Positions 28,570 to 38,407 of a stretch of DNA of 64,000 bases are shown in pieces. The position numbers were made by a program, and so were the translations under genes. Positions within the stretch are counted from its first letter, which is position 1. Each line of letters starts with the position of its first letter. Origin of the DNA: an uncultured delta proteobacterium (GTDB lineage Bacteria > Myxococcota_A > Polyangia > Polyangiales > Polyangiaceae); NCBI GenBank assembly GCA_963841435.1, contig CAWJCS010000002.1, forward strand, positions 320,001 through 384,000. Reading direction: 5' to 3'. The notes beneath the pieces were generated by a model, which saw only the letters and a list, made by a program, of their open reading frames with translations, did not search any database and was not told the origin of the DNA.

Positions 28570-30453
28570 TCAAAAGCTGCTGCGTTGTTCCCTTGCTTTC
28601 GTCGCGCGGGGGAGCGTGATGACCGACGCGTCGAGCGGTGTTTCGTAGAGCCGCTCGACGAGCGTCGCGCGCCGCGTGAGGACGGCGCGCTGATTGACGT
28701 AGCCCTTGTCGGTGAGCTCTCCGGTGTCGATCGACAGCGGCTCGGTCAAGACGAGCGCGCGAGTGGCGTAGGTTGACGACCCCCCGCCCGACTCGGCGAG
28801 GGCCTGAAGGCCACGCACCACGCGATGCCGCACGCTCGGGTGTTCAAGCACGTCGGCTGGCGCCGCGTCGTCTGGCAAGGAGCTCAGTCTGCGACAAGCG
28901 TCGAGTTGGGGAACGACCAAAAGCCCGACTTGGTCGCGCCCGTGTCCCGCGACGACCACGTCCTGGGCGACGGGGGCGAGTGCGGCAATCGCCTTCAGGC
29001 GAAGGACGCCCACGTGCACCCACGTGGCGGTGCTGAGCTTGAAATTCTCGCCGAGCCGGCCGTCGAAAAGGAGTCCCAGCTCCGGGTGCTCCGGATCGAC
29101 GAACTCGACGGCGTCGCCGGTCCTGAAGAAGCCCTCGTCGTCGAAAGCGCTCGCGGTGAGGTCGGGCCGCTTCCAATAACCGGGCGTGACGTTGGGACCG
29201 CGCACGCGGGCCTCGAGCTTGTCGCCGGTCGGAACGAGCTTGAGCTCTGAGCCAGGCATCGGTAGGCCAACGACGCCGGTTCGCCGTGCCTGGTAGTGGC
29301 AGCTCGTGGCCGCGGGTGCGGTCTCCGTGAGCCCCCAAGACGAGACCAGCGGCACGGGTCGCCCGAGCGTGTTGACCGAAAGCGCATTCAGCGAATCCCA
29401 GAGGTGCTGCGGCAACGCCGCCGCAGCGTAGAAGATCAGGCGCAGGCGACTGAAGAACCGCAGAGAGAGCGCGCGATCGCCGCGCAGCGCCGCTACCAGC
29501 AAATCGTAGGCGCGAGGCACGTTGAACACGACGGTCGGAGGGACGTCACGCAGGTTGGCGAGCGTCTCGTCGAAACCACCGGGCACGGGACGACCGCGAT
29601 CGATGTAGAGGGTCCCGCCGTTCCACAGGGTGAGGTTGAAGTTGTGGTTCCCACCGAACGTGTGGTGCCAGGGCAGCCAATCCACCAGCACCGGCGGCTC
29701 CTCGAGGAACGGCCAGAGCTGCAAGATGGCCTGCTGGTTCGAGCACAGCATCCGCTGGGTGTTGATCACCGCCTTGGGTTCGTCCGTCGAACCGGACGTG
29801 AACATGAATTTCGCGACGGTGTCCGGCGACACGGCCGCGAAGGCACGTTCGACGGCCGTGGAAGGGCGCCGCGTCGCGAGCTCTTCGAACGATACCGCCC
29901 CGCCGGCCGGCTCTCGAGCGCTCCCCACGACGATCGTGGCATCGTGCAGGTGTCGCACGGCGGCCAGGGCCGGCCCAAAGCGGGCCGGGTCGGCGACATA
30001 GATGACGCCTGGACGCAAGGTCTCGACGACCTGCAAGAGCTTGGCGAAATCCGCCGACAGCAGGGAGTACGCCGGTGAGATCGACGCGACCGGGATCCCG
30101 ACGTGGAGGCAAGCAAGCATCAGAGCGCCGTGCTCGACACTGTTTTCCGAGAGCACCATCACGGGGCGCTCCGCCGACAGGTCCTGCTCCAAGAGCCAAG
30201 CGCCGATGCCGTGCACCTGCTCGAGCGCCTCCCGGTAGGTGACGCCGCGCCAGGCGCCCGAAGGGCCGCGCTCCATGAGAAAGCGACGAGCCGGCGCCTC
30301 GCGCGCCCAGCGCTCGAGGTGCTCCCCGACCGAGCGCCCGTACTCGTTCAGCACATGGCGGGAGCGAAACAACACCGCGCCGTCCGGGCGCCGCATCGTC
30401 TCGACGGCGGGCGCCGCAAATAGGGGCGCCGGTTCGTCTTCAGCAGGGGTCAT
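28570..30453 (-). CDS. fcs: Feruloyl-CoA synthetase-like acyl-CoA ligase
   Basis: N-terminus RRPDGAVLFRS; ISPAYSLLSADF, KFMFTSGST, DWLPWHHTFGGNHNF, WGLTETAP, GPNVTPGYW, FDGRLGENFKL, GELTDKG. Confidence 0.9.
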   Translation of the reverse strand: MTPAEDEPAPLFAAPAVETMRRPDGAVLFRSRHVLNEYGRSVGEHLERWAREAPARRFLMERGPSGAWRGVTYREALEQVHGIGAWLLEQDLSAERPVMVLSENSVEHGALMLACLHVGIPVASISPAYSLLSADFAKLLQVVETLRPGVIYVADPARFGPALAAVRHLHDATIVVGSAREPAGGAVSFEELATRRPSTAVERAFAAVSPDTVAKFMFTSGSTDEPKAVINTQRMLCSNQQAILQLWPFLEEPPVLVDWLPWHHTFGGNHNFNLTLWNGGTLYIDRGRPVPGGFDETLANLRDVPPTVVFNVPRAYDLLVAALRGDRALSLRFFSRLRLIFYAAAALPQHLWDSLNALSVNTLGRPVPLVSSWGLTETAPAATSCHYQARRTGVVGLPMPGSELKLVPTGDKLEARVRGPNVTPGYWKRPDLTASAFDDEGFFRTGDAVEFVDPEHPELGLLFDGRLGENFKLSTATWVHVGVLRLKAIAALAPVAQDVVVAGHGRDQVGLLVVPQLDACRRLSSLPDDAAPADVLEHPSVRHRVVRGLQALAESGGGSSTYATRALVLTEPLSIDTGELTDKGYVNQRAVLTRRATLVERLYETPLDASVITLPRATKAREQRSSF

Positions 30454-30490
30454 CGGGAGCGGGCTCCTTTATGGGGCGCCCTCACGGTAT

Positions 30491-30635
30491 CTACTATAGA
30501 AGCTTTTTGCGGTCTAGGGGCCGGGTCGGGCGACGAGCGGTGCAGCTGCGTCGTGGGCCAGCCGAAAAGGCTGTTGTCGGCCATAGGAAGGCGAAAGTTT
30601 GGTATGGAAGCCGACATTGGAAGCTATTATAGTAG
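30491..30635. promoter_or_regulatory. Inverted pair of 15-mers AAGCT(TC/AT)TATAGTAG, one facing each divergent operon
   Basis: CTACTATAGAAGCTT at 30491-30505 and AAGCTATTATAGTAG at 30621-30635 match 13/15 after reverse complement; each contains a TATAGT -10-like hexamer. Confidence 0.65.
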
Positions 30636-30728
30636 TCTTCGTGGCGTCTGGCGGATGGTTCCTGCCGTAGCTGCATCGAGCGGCTCGAGTGCCCGCGTGC
30701 CGAGCCATACCCAGCCAGGGAGCTGAAC

Positions 30729-31952
30729 ATGAAGTTGACCCGTTTCTTCCTCATCGGAGCCGCCTTTGCTCTCTTGACGCTCGCGTGCCGAAAGGAATCG
30801 AAGTCCGACGCGAACGGAGCCCCGAGCGCGAGCGCCGCCGCCGCAGAGGAAACGATTCAGGTGGGACTCATCGCCTCGCTGACCGGTAAGTTCTCGGCGC
30901 TCGGCAGCGAGGACAAGAAGGCCGTCGAGCTTGCCATCGAACAGATCAATGAAAAGGGGGGTCTGCTCGGTAGGAAGATCACACTCACCACGCGCGACGA
31001 TCAGACGCTGCCCGACAAGTCCGTTCTCGCCTACAATGATCTCAAGTCGGCGAACGTCGTCGCGGTCATCGGCTCGGCGTTCTCGAACTCGGCCCTCGCG
31101 ACGCTCCCCTTCGCCGAGCGTGACGGGATCCCGTACCTTTCGCTGACGCCGGCCGAGGAACAGGTCGAGCCCATCAGGCCGTACGTGTTCGTGATCCCGG
31201 CGCTCTCGACCGCATTCGCGGAACGCTACCTCGAGTACATGCAGGCGCAGAAGATCACGAAGCTCGCCGTCGCTCACGACACCAAGGGCGCCTACGCGGT
31301 CTCGGGTTACAATGCGACGAGATCGCTGGCCCCCAAGTATGGCGTCGAGATCGTGAGAGACGAGGTCTTCGAGATGGCGACCAGCGATTTCAGCCCGCTC
31401 TTCACGCACGTCAAAGGTTCGGGAGCCCAGGCGCTGCTCTTCTGGGGCACGGGCCCGGCGGGCGTCACCGTCACCAAGCAGTACGCCGCGGCGAACGTGA
31501 AGGTCCCACTCTTCATGACGCCGTCGCAGGCGAGCAAGCTCTGGCTCGAGCCCGTGGGCTCGGCCGGTGAAGGCGTCACCGTGTTGAGCGCCATCGGTGT
31601 CGTCGGCGACGCCCTGCCCGATGGGCCTCAGAAGCAGATCATCGACCAGATGGCCGTGCCATTTTCGAAGCGATTCGGCTATCCGCCTCCCCAGTTCGCG
31701 CAGGACGGATACAGCGCGTGCCTGCTCTTGTTCGAGGCCATCAAGAAGGCCAAAAGCACGAAGCGCGATGAGATCCGAGCGGCGCTGGAGCAGATGACGC
31801 TTCTGACGCCGAACGGCAAGTACCGATACTCGCCGACCGACCATTCGGGGCTCACCCGCGAGTTCCTCTCGGTCAACGTGGTGACGAGCGGCAAGTTCGT
31901 TCCCACCCCGTGGGCCAAGGAGCAGCTCGTGCGCACCGTCAGCTCCGAGTGA
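30729..31952 (+). CDS. ABC transporter substrate-binding lipoprotein, Liv/HAAT family (probably aromatic acids)
   Basis: TLAC lipobox; IQVGLIASLTG, EQINEKGGLLGRKI, RDD, YRYSPTDHSGL; substrate inferred from context. Confidence 0.9.
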   Translation: MKLTRFFLIGAAFALLTLACRKESKSDANGAPSASAAAAEETIQVGLIASLTGKFSALGSEDKKAVELAIEQINEKGGLLGRKITLTTRDDQTLPDKSVLAYNDLKSANVVAVIGSAFSNSALATLPFAERDGIPYLSLTPAEEQVEPIRPYVFVIPALSTAFAERYLEYMQAQKITKLAVAHDTKGAYAVSGYNATRSLAPKYGVEIVRDEVFEMATSDFSPLFTHVKGSGAQALLFWGTGPAGVTVTKQYAAANVKVPLFMTPSQASKLWLEPVGSAGEGVTVLSAIGVVGDALPDGPQKQIIDQMAVPFSKRFGYPPPQFAQDGYSACLLLFEAIKKAKSTKRDEIRAALEQMTLLTPNGKYRYSPTDHSGLTREFLSVNVVTSGKFVPTPWAKEQLVRTVSSE

Positions 31953-31958
31953 ATCGGT

Positions 31959-32720
31959 ATGCTGCGCGTCCAAGGGCTCAGTCGCCGATTCGGTGGAGTC
32001 TATGCCCTTCGGGACGTGAATCTCGAGGTGCAGCCGGGCGAGCTACGCGGGATCATCGGCCCGAACGGCGCGGGCAAATCGACCCTTTTTCATTTGATCG
32101 CGGGCCACCTGCGCGCAAATGGCGGGGGAATCGCGTTTCGGGGCACGGCCATCGAGCGGCTGAGCCCGCACGAGCGAGCGAAGCTAGGCATTGCTATCGT
32201 CTACCAGGGCGCGCGCATTTTTCGCGGCATGAGCGTCCAAGAAAACGTGATGGTTGGCGCGCACCTGACGGCACGGCACGGTTTCTTGGAAGCCGCGTGG
32301 CAGTCGCCCCGCGCTCGCCGTGAAGAAGCGTCGATGCGCGTGCTCGCCAAAACCCTGCTCGACGAGGTGGGGCTCGCGGGGCTCGCCGATCGCCCCGCCG
32401 AATCCCTTCCGCTCGGGCAGCAGCGGGCCTTGCAGCTCGCGCGCGCGCTGGCGGCCGACCCGGCGCTACTCCTTTTGGACGAGCCGGCATCGGGGCTGCG
32501 CGAGCAGGAACGGAGCCGTCTCGCCGAGCTGATCCAGCGGCTTCGGGCGCGCGGGCTGACGATCCTGCTCGTGGAGCACGACGTGCGGCTCGTGACGAAC
32601 CTTTCGGATCGCGTCACGGTTTTGGACCTTGGTCGCGTGATCGCCGAAGGGACGCCCGCTACGATTCGCGAGGACCCGGCCGTCATCAGCGCCTACCTCG
32701 GCTCGGCCGCCACGGCATGA
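31959..32720 (+). CDS. livG: ABC ATP-binding subunit, LivG-like
   Basis: GPNGAGKST, LPLGQQR, LLLLDEPASG, LLVEHD, VISAYLG. Confidence 0.92.
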   Translation: MLRVQGLSRRFGGVYALRDVNLEVQPGELRGIIGPNGAGKSTLFHLIAGHLRANGGGIAFRGTAIERLSPHERAKLGIAIVYQGARIFRGMSVQENVMVGAHLTARHGFLEAAWQSPRARREEASMRVLAKTLLDEVGLAGLADRPAESLPLGQQRALQLARALAADPALLLLDEPASGLREQERSRLAELIQRLRARGLTILLVEHDVRLVTNLSDRVTVLDLGRVIAEGTPATIREDPAVISAYLGSAATA

Positions 32721-33388
32721 ACGTGATCGAAGTCGAACGGCTCTCCGTACGCTACGGAGCAGCAGTGGCGCTCGACGGCGTGTCCCTCAGCGTGGCTGCG
32801 GGCGAAATGGTCGCCCTGGTCGGTAGCAATGGAGCGGGAAAGACCACGCTGCTCGACGCGCTCTCGGGTGTCGTCAAGAAGGACAGTGGCGAGATTCGGA
32901 TCCAGGGGCGTCTCGCCCACGTGCCCGAAGGCCGGCAGCTCTTTTGTGATCTCACGGTTGACGACAACCTTCGACTCGGGGCATTCCGCTCCGGTGATCG
33001 CGATCCGGCCTGGGTCTACCGCCTGATGCCCGCGCTCGAGCGCACCAAGAGACAACAGGCGGGTAACCTCTCGGGCGGCCAACAGCAAATGGTGGCGATC
33101 GCGCGTGGGCTGATGTCGCGCCCCGACGTGCTGTCGCTCGACGAGATGTCGCTCGGGCTGGCGCCGGTCATCGTGCAGGATCTAGCGCGCGTGCTTCTCG
33201 ACCTGAATGCCGAGCGTGGCCTGGCCGTGCTCCTCGTCGAGCAAAGCGTGCGGCTGGCGTTCTCGCTCTGCACGCGAGGGTACGTGTTGGAAACGGGCAA
33301 GGTCGTCGCCAGCGGGACGACCCGAGAGCTCGAGCAGAGTCCTTTCGTCGAGAGCGCTTATCTCGGTGCGCGGGGAGGAGCACCGTGA
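32717..33388 (+). CDS. livF: ABC ATP-binding subunit, LivF-like
   Basis: GSNGAGKTT, HVPEGRQLF, LSGGQQQM, LDEMSLGLAP, LLVEQ; ATGA overlap with livG. Confidence 0.92.
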   Translation: MNVIEVERLSVRYGAAVALDGVSLSVAAGEMVALVGSNGAGKTTLLDALSGVVKKDSGEIRIQGRLAHVPEGRQLFCDLTVDDNLRLGAFRSGDRDPAWVYRLMPALERTKRQQAGNLSGGQQQMVAIARGLMSRPDVLSLDEMSLGLAPVIVQDLARVLLDLNAERGLAVLLVEQSVRLAFSLCTRGYVLETGKVVASGTTRELEQSPFVESAYLGARGGAP

Positions 33389-34242
33389 GCGACTTCTTCT
33401 CCTACCTCGTGCACGGCATCGCGGTCGGCTGCGGCTTTGCGCTGCTCGCGAGCGGGCTCATCATCATCTACCGCGTGACGCGCGTCGTGAACCTCGCGCA
33501 GGGCACCTTCTGTGTCGTCGCTGCGTTCACGGCAGCCACGCTGCTCGGCTCCGGGCTTCCCCACGGCGTGGCCGAGATCCTCGCGATCGCCGCCGCCGCG
33601 GCGTTCGGATTCTCGACGGGAGTCGTGGCCATCACCAGGCGGGGAACGAGCCCCGAGGCGTCGCTCATCGTCACGCTGGGTATTGGCATCCTCGGCTACG
33701 CGTTCGAAATCCTGCTTTGGGGTGACCAGCCCCGCTCCTTTCCCGGCGTCGCCGGTTCGCTCGAGGTCTTCGGTCACGAATTCCCCCGCCAGTACGCGGT
33801 CGTCATCGTGGTGACGCTGGCGGTGTTTGCGCTGCTCGAGGGGTTCTTCGAGCGCACCTATTGGGGCAAGGCCCTGACCGCTTGTGCGTCGAACCCGTAC
33901 GCCGCGAGGCTCGTCGGCATTCGCATCGTCCGCATGGGCCTCGTCGCCTTCACGCTCGGTGGCGCGCTCGGCGGCGTGGCAGGCGTGCTGCTCACGCCGC
34001 TCAGCCCGATGTCGTACGACAGCGACCTGATACTGTTCGTCAACGGCTTTGCGTCGGCGATCCTCGCGGGACTGAGGCGGCCCGTGCTCGCGCTCGCGGG
34101 CGGCCTCGTCCTCGGCGTCGCGGAGGCGCTGGTGGCCGGCTACGCCAAGGCGTCGTACCAGAGCGCGCTCGCGCTGCTTCTCACGCTGGCCATTCTGGTC
34201 GTGCAGGGCGCGCGTCGCCCCGCCCTGGAGGAGCGCGAATGA
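33385..34242 (+). CDS. livH: ABC permease, LivH-like
   Basis: GLIIIYRVTRVVNLAQG, GKALTACASNPYAARLVGI. Confidence 0.92.
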   Translation: MSDFFSYLVHGIAVGCGFALLASGLIIIYRVTRVVNLAQGTFCVVAAFTAATLLGSGLPHGVAEILAIAAAAAFGFSTGVVAITRRGTSPEASLIVTLGIGILGYAFEILLWGDQPRSFPGVAGSLEVFGHEFPRQYAVVIVVTLAVFALLEGFFERTYWGKALTACASNPYAARLVGIRIVRMGLVAFTLGGALGGVAGVLLTPLSPMSYDSDLILFVNGFASAILAGLRRPVLALAGGLVLGVAEALVAGYAKASYQSALALLLTLAILVVQGARRPALEERE

Positions 34243-35210
34243 TGCGAAACCGGCCATATACGCTGGTTCTCTTGCTCGCGTGCACCCTGGCCCTGCCCGC
34301 CGTGCTCGACGACAGTCAGCTTTCGATCTACGTGCTCTGCGCGCTGACGGCGATCGTGACCATCGGTGTCTCCCTACTGATGGGGCAGGCGGGGCAGGTT
34401 TCACTCGGGCAGGGGGCGTTTTACGCTGCGGGGGCGTACACGGCGGGGGTGCTCGCCACTCACGACTGTCCGACGCTCCTCGCCCTGGCGGTCGCACCCG
34501 TGGCGGCCGCCATCCTCGCGGCTTTGGTCGGCGTGCCCCTGCTCATGCTCCGCGGGCATCATCTGGCGTTCGGCACCTTGGCGACGCACCTCATCTGTTT
34601 GTCGGTTGTCGGCGAAATGTCGGTTACGGGCGGTGACGTGGGGCTTCAAGGAATTCCTCGGCTCGGCGTCGGCCCCGTCGCCTTCGATTCCGTCCGGAGC
34701 TATGCCTATCTGAGCGCATTCGGTCTTCTTGGCGTCGCGCTCGTCGCGCGCAACATCCTGGCATCGCGTCCGGGGCGCGCGCTCAGAGCGCTCTCGAGCA
34801 GCGAGTTGGCCGCGGCGTCGTCCGGGATCCCCGTCGGCCCCTACAAGCTGGCCGTTTTTGCGCTCTCGGCCGCTTTCGCGGGCCTCGCCGGAGGCATCTA
34901 CGCTTTTTATATGGGCTATCTCGCCCCGGGCTCTTTTCCGGTTCTCTTGTCCGTGGAGTACGTCGTGATGGCGACGATCGGCGGGCTCGGGACGATTGAG
35001 GGCGGCGTCGTCGGCAGCGTGGTCGTGCTCTTGCTGGTTCACGGGCTCAGCAGGTTGGCGACGACGAGCGGCATGCCGGACACCGCGCCGGTGATCCTTT
35101 CTTACGCCGTGTACGCACTGCTCCTGATCATGGCGGTGTTGTTCCTGCCGGGCGGTGTCGTGTCGATTCCCGCTGCCTTGCGGCGACGGTTCACGGCACC
35201 CAAGACGTGA
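34239..35210 (+). CDS. livM: ABC permease, LivM-like
   Basis: ATGA overlap at 34239; GQAGQVSLGQGAF, SRPGRALRAL, YKLAVFALSA, IGGLGT. Confidence 0.92.
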   Translation: MMRNRPYTLVLLLACTLALPAVLDDSQLSIYVLCALTAIVTIGVSLLMGQAGQVSLGQGAFYAAGAYTAGVLATHDCPTLLALAVAPVAAAILAALVGVPLLMLRGHHLAFGTLATHLICLSVVGEMSVTGGDVGLQGIPRLGVGPVAFDSVRSYAYLSAFGLLGVALVARNILASRPGRALRALSSSELAAASSGIPVGPYKLAVFALSAAFAGLAGGIYAFYMGYLAPGSFPVLLSVEYVVMATIGGLGTIEGGVVGSVVVLLLVHGLSRLATTSGMPDTAPVILSYAVYALLLIMAVLFLPGGVVSIPAALRRRFTAPKT

Positions 35211-35284
35211 TCAGCGCGCTCGCAGCGCGCGGAGCCAGGCCCCGGCCTGCTCTCGGCCGCGCACGGTGCGTGGCCGAGGCAACG

Positions 35285-36727
35285 TCACGGAGGTTCCGGC
35301 GCGGGTTCGGTCGGCGCGGCAGGTTCTGCCGGCGTGGCCTCGGCCGGTTCTTCGGCGGGTGCCGAGGGCCGAGGCGCTTCTGCCGCCGGAGTCGCGGTCG
35401 CGTTGGGTTCGGGGGCCGCCGCGGGCGCTTCGGGTGACGGCTTTTCCCCGCCGAATCCCAACGTTACGTCGAAGAGGTACATGATGCCGATGCCGAACGC
35501 GTGCGTCGTCGATCCGGGTGCGATCGGAACCACGGGCGGGAAGAGCGCGTACGTGCCAGAGCGGCCGTTGCGCATCTCGTAGTACGAGGCGTAGAGATCG
35601 ACGGTCTTCACCGGGCTGAACGTGTACCCGACCGACCACTCTAGCCCGTTCAACCCGTTCGTCGTGCAGGGCAGCTTGCCCACCCGGGTGCAGCGGCCAC
35701 GGTCGGCGACGCCGAACGAGCCCCACACCGCATGGTTGCCGAGGTGCTGCTGAAGCGCCCCGTAGATCGCGTCGCGCTGGTAGCCGTCCACCGCCCCGAC
35801 CACCGTGTCCTTCGTCCGATACGTCAAGCGCTCGACGATGGCCGCCAGCCGGGTGCGGGTGGGAAATTCGTACCAGGCCAGGAACTCATGGGCATCGTCG
35901 GTCGAGCTCCGATTCGTGAGAGTGGCGCCGGGTGAGCCGCCGACCCAATTGGCGCCGAAGTAGTCCATGTGCCGCTCGTACGCGTAGTGGAGGCTGAGCG
36001 ACCCGATTTCGAAGTTCAAGAGCCCCGATAATAGGACGGGGCTAATCGAAGCCTCGATCTCCGTGGTCCTCGTGCGGCCCTCGTTCACCGAGACAGCAAG
36101 CCGAGCGGACAGCCCAACGAGGGTGGGAGTCCAGTATTGAATGCTGTTGCCCTGCCGCCGGTTGAACGCCGCGTCCGATCGGGACGTGGCGTGCCCATTT
36201 TGGGTCGTCGTGCCCGGTATGTTGAAGCCCGGGTTGCCCGTCAGCGTGTTGTCGAACGGGTTCAGGCCGCGGAGCGCACCGAGGAACAGCGTCGGGTGCT
36301 TGTACGGCGTGTCCCAATTGCCGAAAAACAGCGTGCCGTAGTCACCCTTCACTCCCACCCCGCTGTTGCGCGATGCCCACGGGGCCGTGAGCACTGGATG
36401 ATCGCCATCGGGGTTCACGGCGTTCTCGACCTGGAAGAACGCCTGGATGTGTCCGCCGAGCTCGATCTCACCCCGAAAGCCGATGTTGGACGTGCCCGAG
36501 GTGATACGAAACCTGTTGGGCAGGTTTTCGCCGGTGTAGTCGTCCACCGTCACCTGGCTCGCGCCGCCGGTTTGGGGAGAGAGGCCCTCGGGCGTGGCTC
36601 CGCTCGTGCGAAAGTTGTCCAGGAAGGGCTGCAGGGTGCCGTAGAGGCTCACCTGGCCCTCCTGTGCGGATGCCGGCAGGGAGACGGCGAGCCCCCCCAG
36701 GGTGAGAAGCGTTGCGATGCATTTCAT
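35285..36727 (-). CDS. Gram-negative porin (Porin_4-like) with a C-terminal Pro/Ala/Glu-rich tail
   Basis: Signal peptide; VSLYG, SNIGFRG, AFFQVE, RNSGVGVKGDYGTLFFGNWDTPYK, NSIQYWTP, GYTFS, DLYASY, GIGIMYLF. Confidence 0.88.
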   Translation of the reverse strand: MKCIATLLTLGGLAVSLPASAQEGQVSLYGTLQPFLDNFRTSGATPEGLSPQTGGASQVTVDDYTGENLPNRFRITSGTSNIGFRGEIELGGHIQAFFQVENAVNPDGDHPVLTAPWASRNSGVGVKGDYGTLFFGNWDTPYKHPTLFLGALRGLNPFDNTLTGNPGFNIPGTTTQNGHATSRSDAAFNRRQGNSIQYWTPTLVGLSARLAVSVNEGRTRTTEIEASISPVLLSGLLNFEIGSLSLHYAYERHMDYFGANWVGGSPGATLTNRSSTDDAHEFLAWYEFPTRTRLAAIVERLTYRTKDTVVGAVDGYQRDAIYGALQQHLGNHAVWGSFGVADRGRCTRVGKLPCTTNGLNGLEWSVGYTFSPVKTVDLYASYYEMRNGRSGTYALFPPVVPIAPGSTTHAFGIGIMYLFDVTLGFGGEKPSPEAPAAAPEPNATATPAAEAPRPSAPAEEPAEATPAEPAAPTEPAPEPP

Positions 36728-36933
36728 GGTGTTGTCCTCAAACGCGCGCCCCCCTTGCTGAGGCGCGCCTGCGACTAAGCCAGGAGTCGGCGAGCCGCCA
36801 GCAAGATCCGCTGGTGGCCCGACACTGGGCCTCGGTGCGCCAGCGCTGAGATCGAGTGCCGTAAACCACTACCGAGCTTCGTAATGGGTCGTGGGTCGTG
36901 GGGGCGGTGAAGCGCGGGCGGCGATTCGAGCGG

Positions 36934-38082
36934 CTACTGGGCGACGCAGTTGGCCTTCATGACATCCCAGATCGCGTCGCCAGTGGCCTTGGACCCCGCC
37001 GTGGTGGGGTGAATGCCGTCGGAGGTGTACTCGTTGTGCCCGTTCCAGGTGTCACGCAGATCGAGCCAGTAGCACTTCGGGCTGGTGAGCCCGTCGCACA
37101 GCGCCTTCATCTGGGGCCGCAAGCTGTCCAGACAAGATTTCAGCGATGCGAAGCTGGCGCCGATCGGGTCCGGATAGAAGAAGTAGACGATCTTCTCCGT
37201 GCCGTGTTGCGCCATGTTTTGGAACAGCGAGGTGGCAGCGGTGAGTGCGGCCGCGCCATTGTTGTTGATGAGGCAGTCGTTGCCGCCGCCGTCCATGAGC
37301 ACGTACTTGATGGTGCCGGAGCTCTGAACCGCCTTGTCGTATTGACTCGGGATCTGGTTGTTGGCGAGCGTCGTGCCACTGACCGAGTTGTTGACGTAGC
37401 GGTCGCTCTGAGGCAGAGAGCCTGCCGCTTTTGCCTGAGTCTCGATCTCTTGCGTTATCTGATGACTCGCCGCGATGAACGACTCGCCAATCACGGCGAC
37501 ATCCTTTCCGGCGGTCTGTCCTTTCACGCACGCGCCCGAACCGGCCGAGCCTCCGCTTCCACCGGCGGCGCCCGCCGCACCAGACGCACCTGACATTCCA
37601 GCGGCTCCGCTTCCGCCACCGGCGCCCGCGCCGCCTTGGCCGCCGAACATGCCAGCCATTCCGGCCATGCCGCCTGTGGGTCCGGTTCCACCGGCGTCCG
37701 CACCGCCGTCCCCAGCGCCACCGACGCCACCGGTGGCGCCCGCCGCGCCGCCCACGCTCCCGCCAGAGCCGGCCACTCCGCCGGTGCCACCCGTCAGCGA
37801 ACCGCCCGTGCCGGCGCTCGAGCCTGCCGCGCCGCCGGTACCGCCCGTGACGGTGCCGCCCGTGCCGCTCACGGCTCCGGCGCCGCCGGTGCCGCCCGTG
37901 ACAGCGCCTGCGCTGCCGCCGGTACCGGCCGAACCACCGCTGAGCCCGGTGCCGCCGGTGGTGCCCGCACCGCCAGTCGCTTCGACGCCAGTGCTACCTC
38001 CGTCGCCCAAGCATGCGCCAAGGCTGAGGCTCAAGACGCCTACCTGTAGGCAGCCGATGAATGTCAGTCCTGTCGATCGCAT
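36934..38082 (-). CDS. SGNH/GDSL esterase lipoprotein with Gly-rich linker
   Basis: AGGAGG RBS before ATG 38082; LGAC lipobox; block I IGES, block II SVSG, block III GGGND, block V DGIHP. Confidence 0.9.
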   Translation of the reverse strand: MRSTGLTFIGCLQVGVLSLSLGACLGDGGSTGVEATGGAGTTGGTGLSGGSAGTGGSAGAVTGGTGGAGAVSGTGGTVTGGTGGAAGSSAGTGGSLTGGTGGVAGSGGSVGGAAGATGGVGGAGDGGADAGGTGPTGGMAGMAGMFGGQGGAGAGGGSGAAGMSGASGAAGAAGGSGGSAGSGACVKGQTAGKDVAVIGESFIAASHQITQEIETQAKAAGSLPQSDRYVNNSVSGTTLANNQIPSQYDKAVQSSGTIKYVLMDGGGNDCLINNNGAAALTAATSLFQNMAQHGTEKIVYFFYPDPIGASFASLKSCLDSLRPQMKALCDGLTSPKCYWLDLRDTWNGHNEYTSDGIHPTTAGSKATGDAIWDVMKANCVAQ

Positions 38083-38153
38083 GTTGCCTCCTGAACGCGA
38101 GAGCCAAGCCAAGTTCGTCTTCGTGCTTGAAAACCCTGCGGCACCACCTGATG

Positions 38154-38170
38154 TATCAGGTTACCTGATA
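38154..38170. promoter_or_regulatory. Palindromic operator TATCAGG-TTA-CCTGATA upstream of the SGNH esterase
   Basis: Perfect 7+7 inverted repeat with the same core as 40380-40396. Confidence 0.8.
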
Positions 38171-38407
38171 ACCATTGCCTCATGCAGGGCGAGCTGACAA
38201 GGGCCTTTCTAGGGCGTTGACGAAACTGCGCGGCTTTCCTGAAGAAGCAACGACCGTGGTCGCCGCTGACGCCAAAAAATGCTGACCGTGGAAGATCGAT
38301 GAGCCCTGGTGCCCGCCGCGTCGTCCCCCCAAGTCCAGCGTGGGGACGAGCCGGGCGTGGGTCGAAGCGTGAGGCGATCTGGAACATCGTCGGGTCGATC
38401 GGAGAAG

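Noticed and set aside
30729-35210. Literal branched-chain amino acid transporter
   Set aside because: The liv names denote family only; the position divergent from fcs favours aromatic acids, though the substrate is unproven
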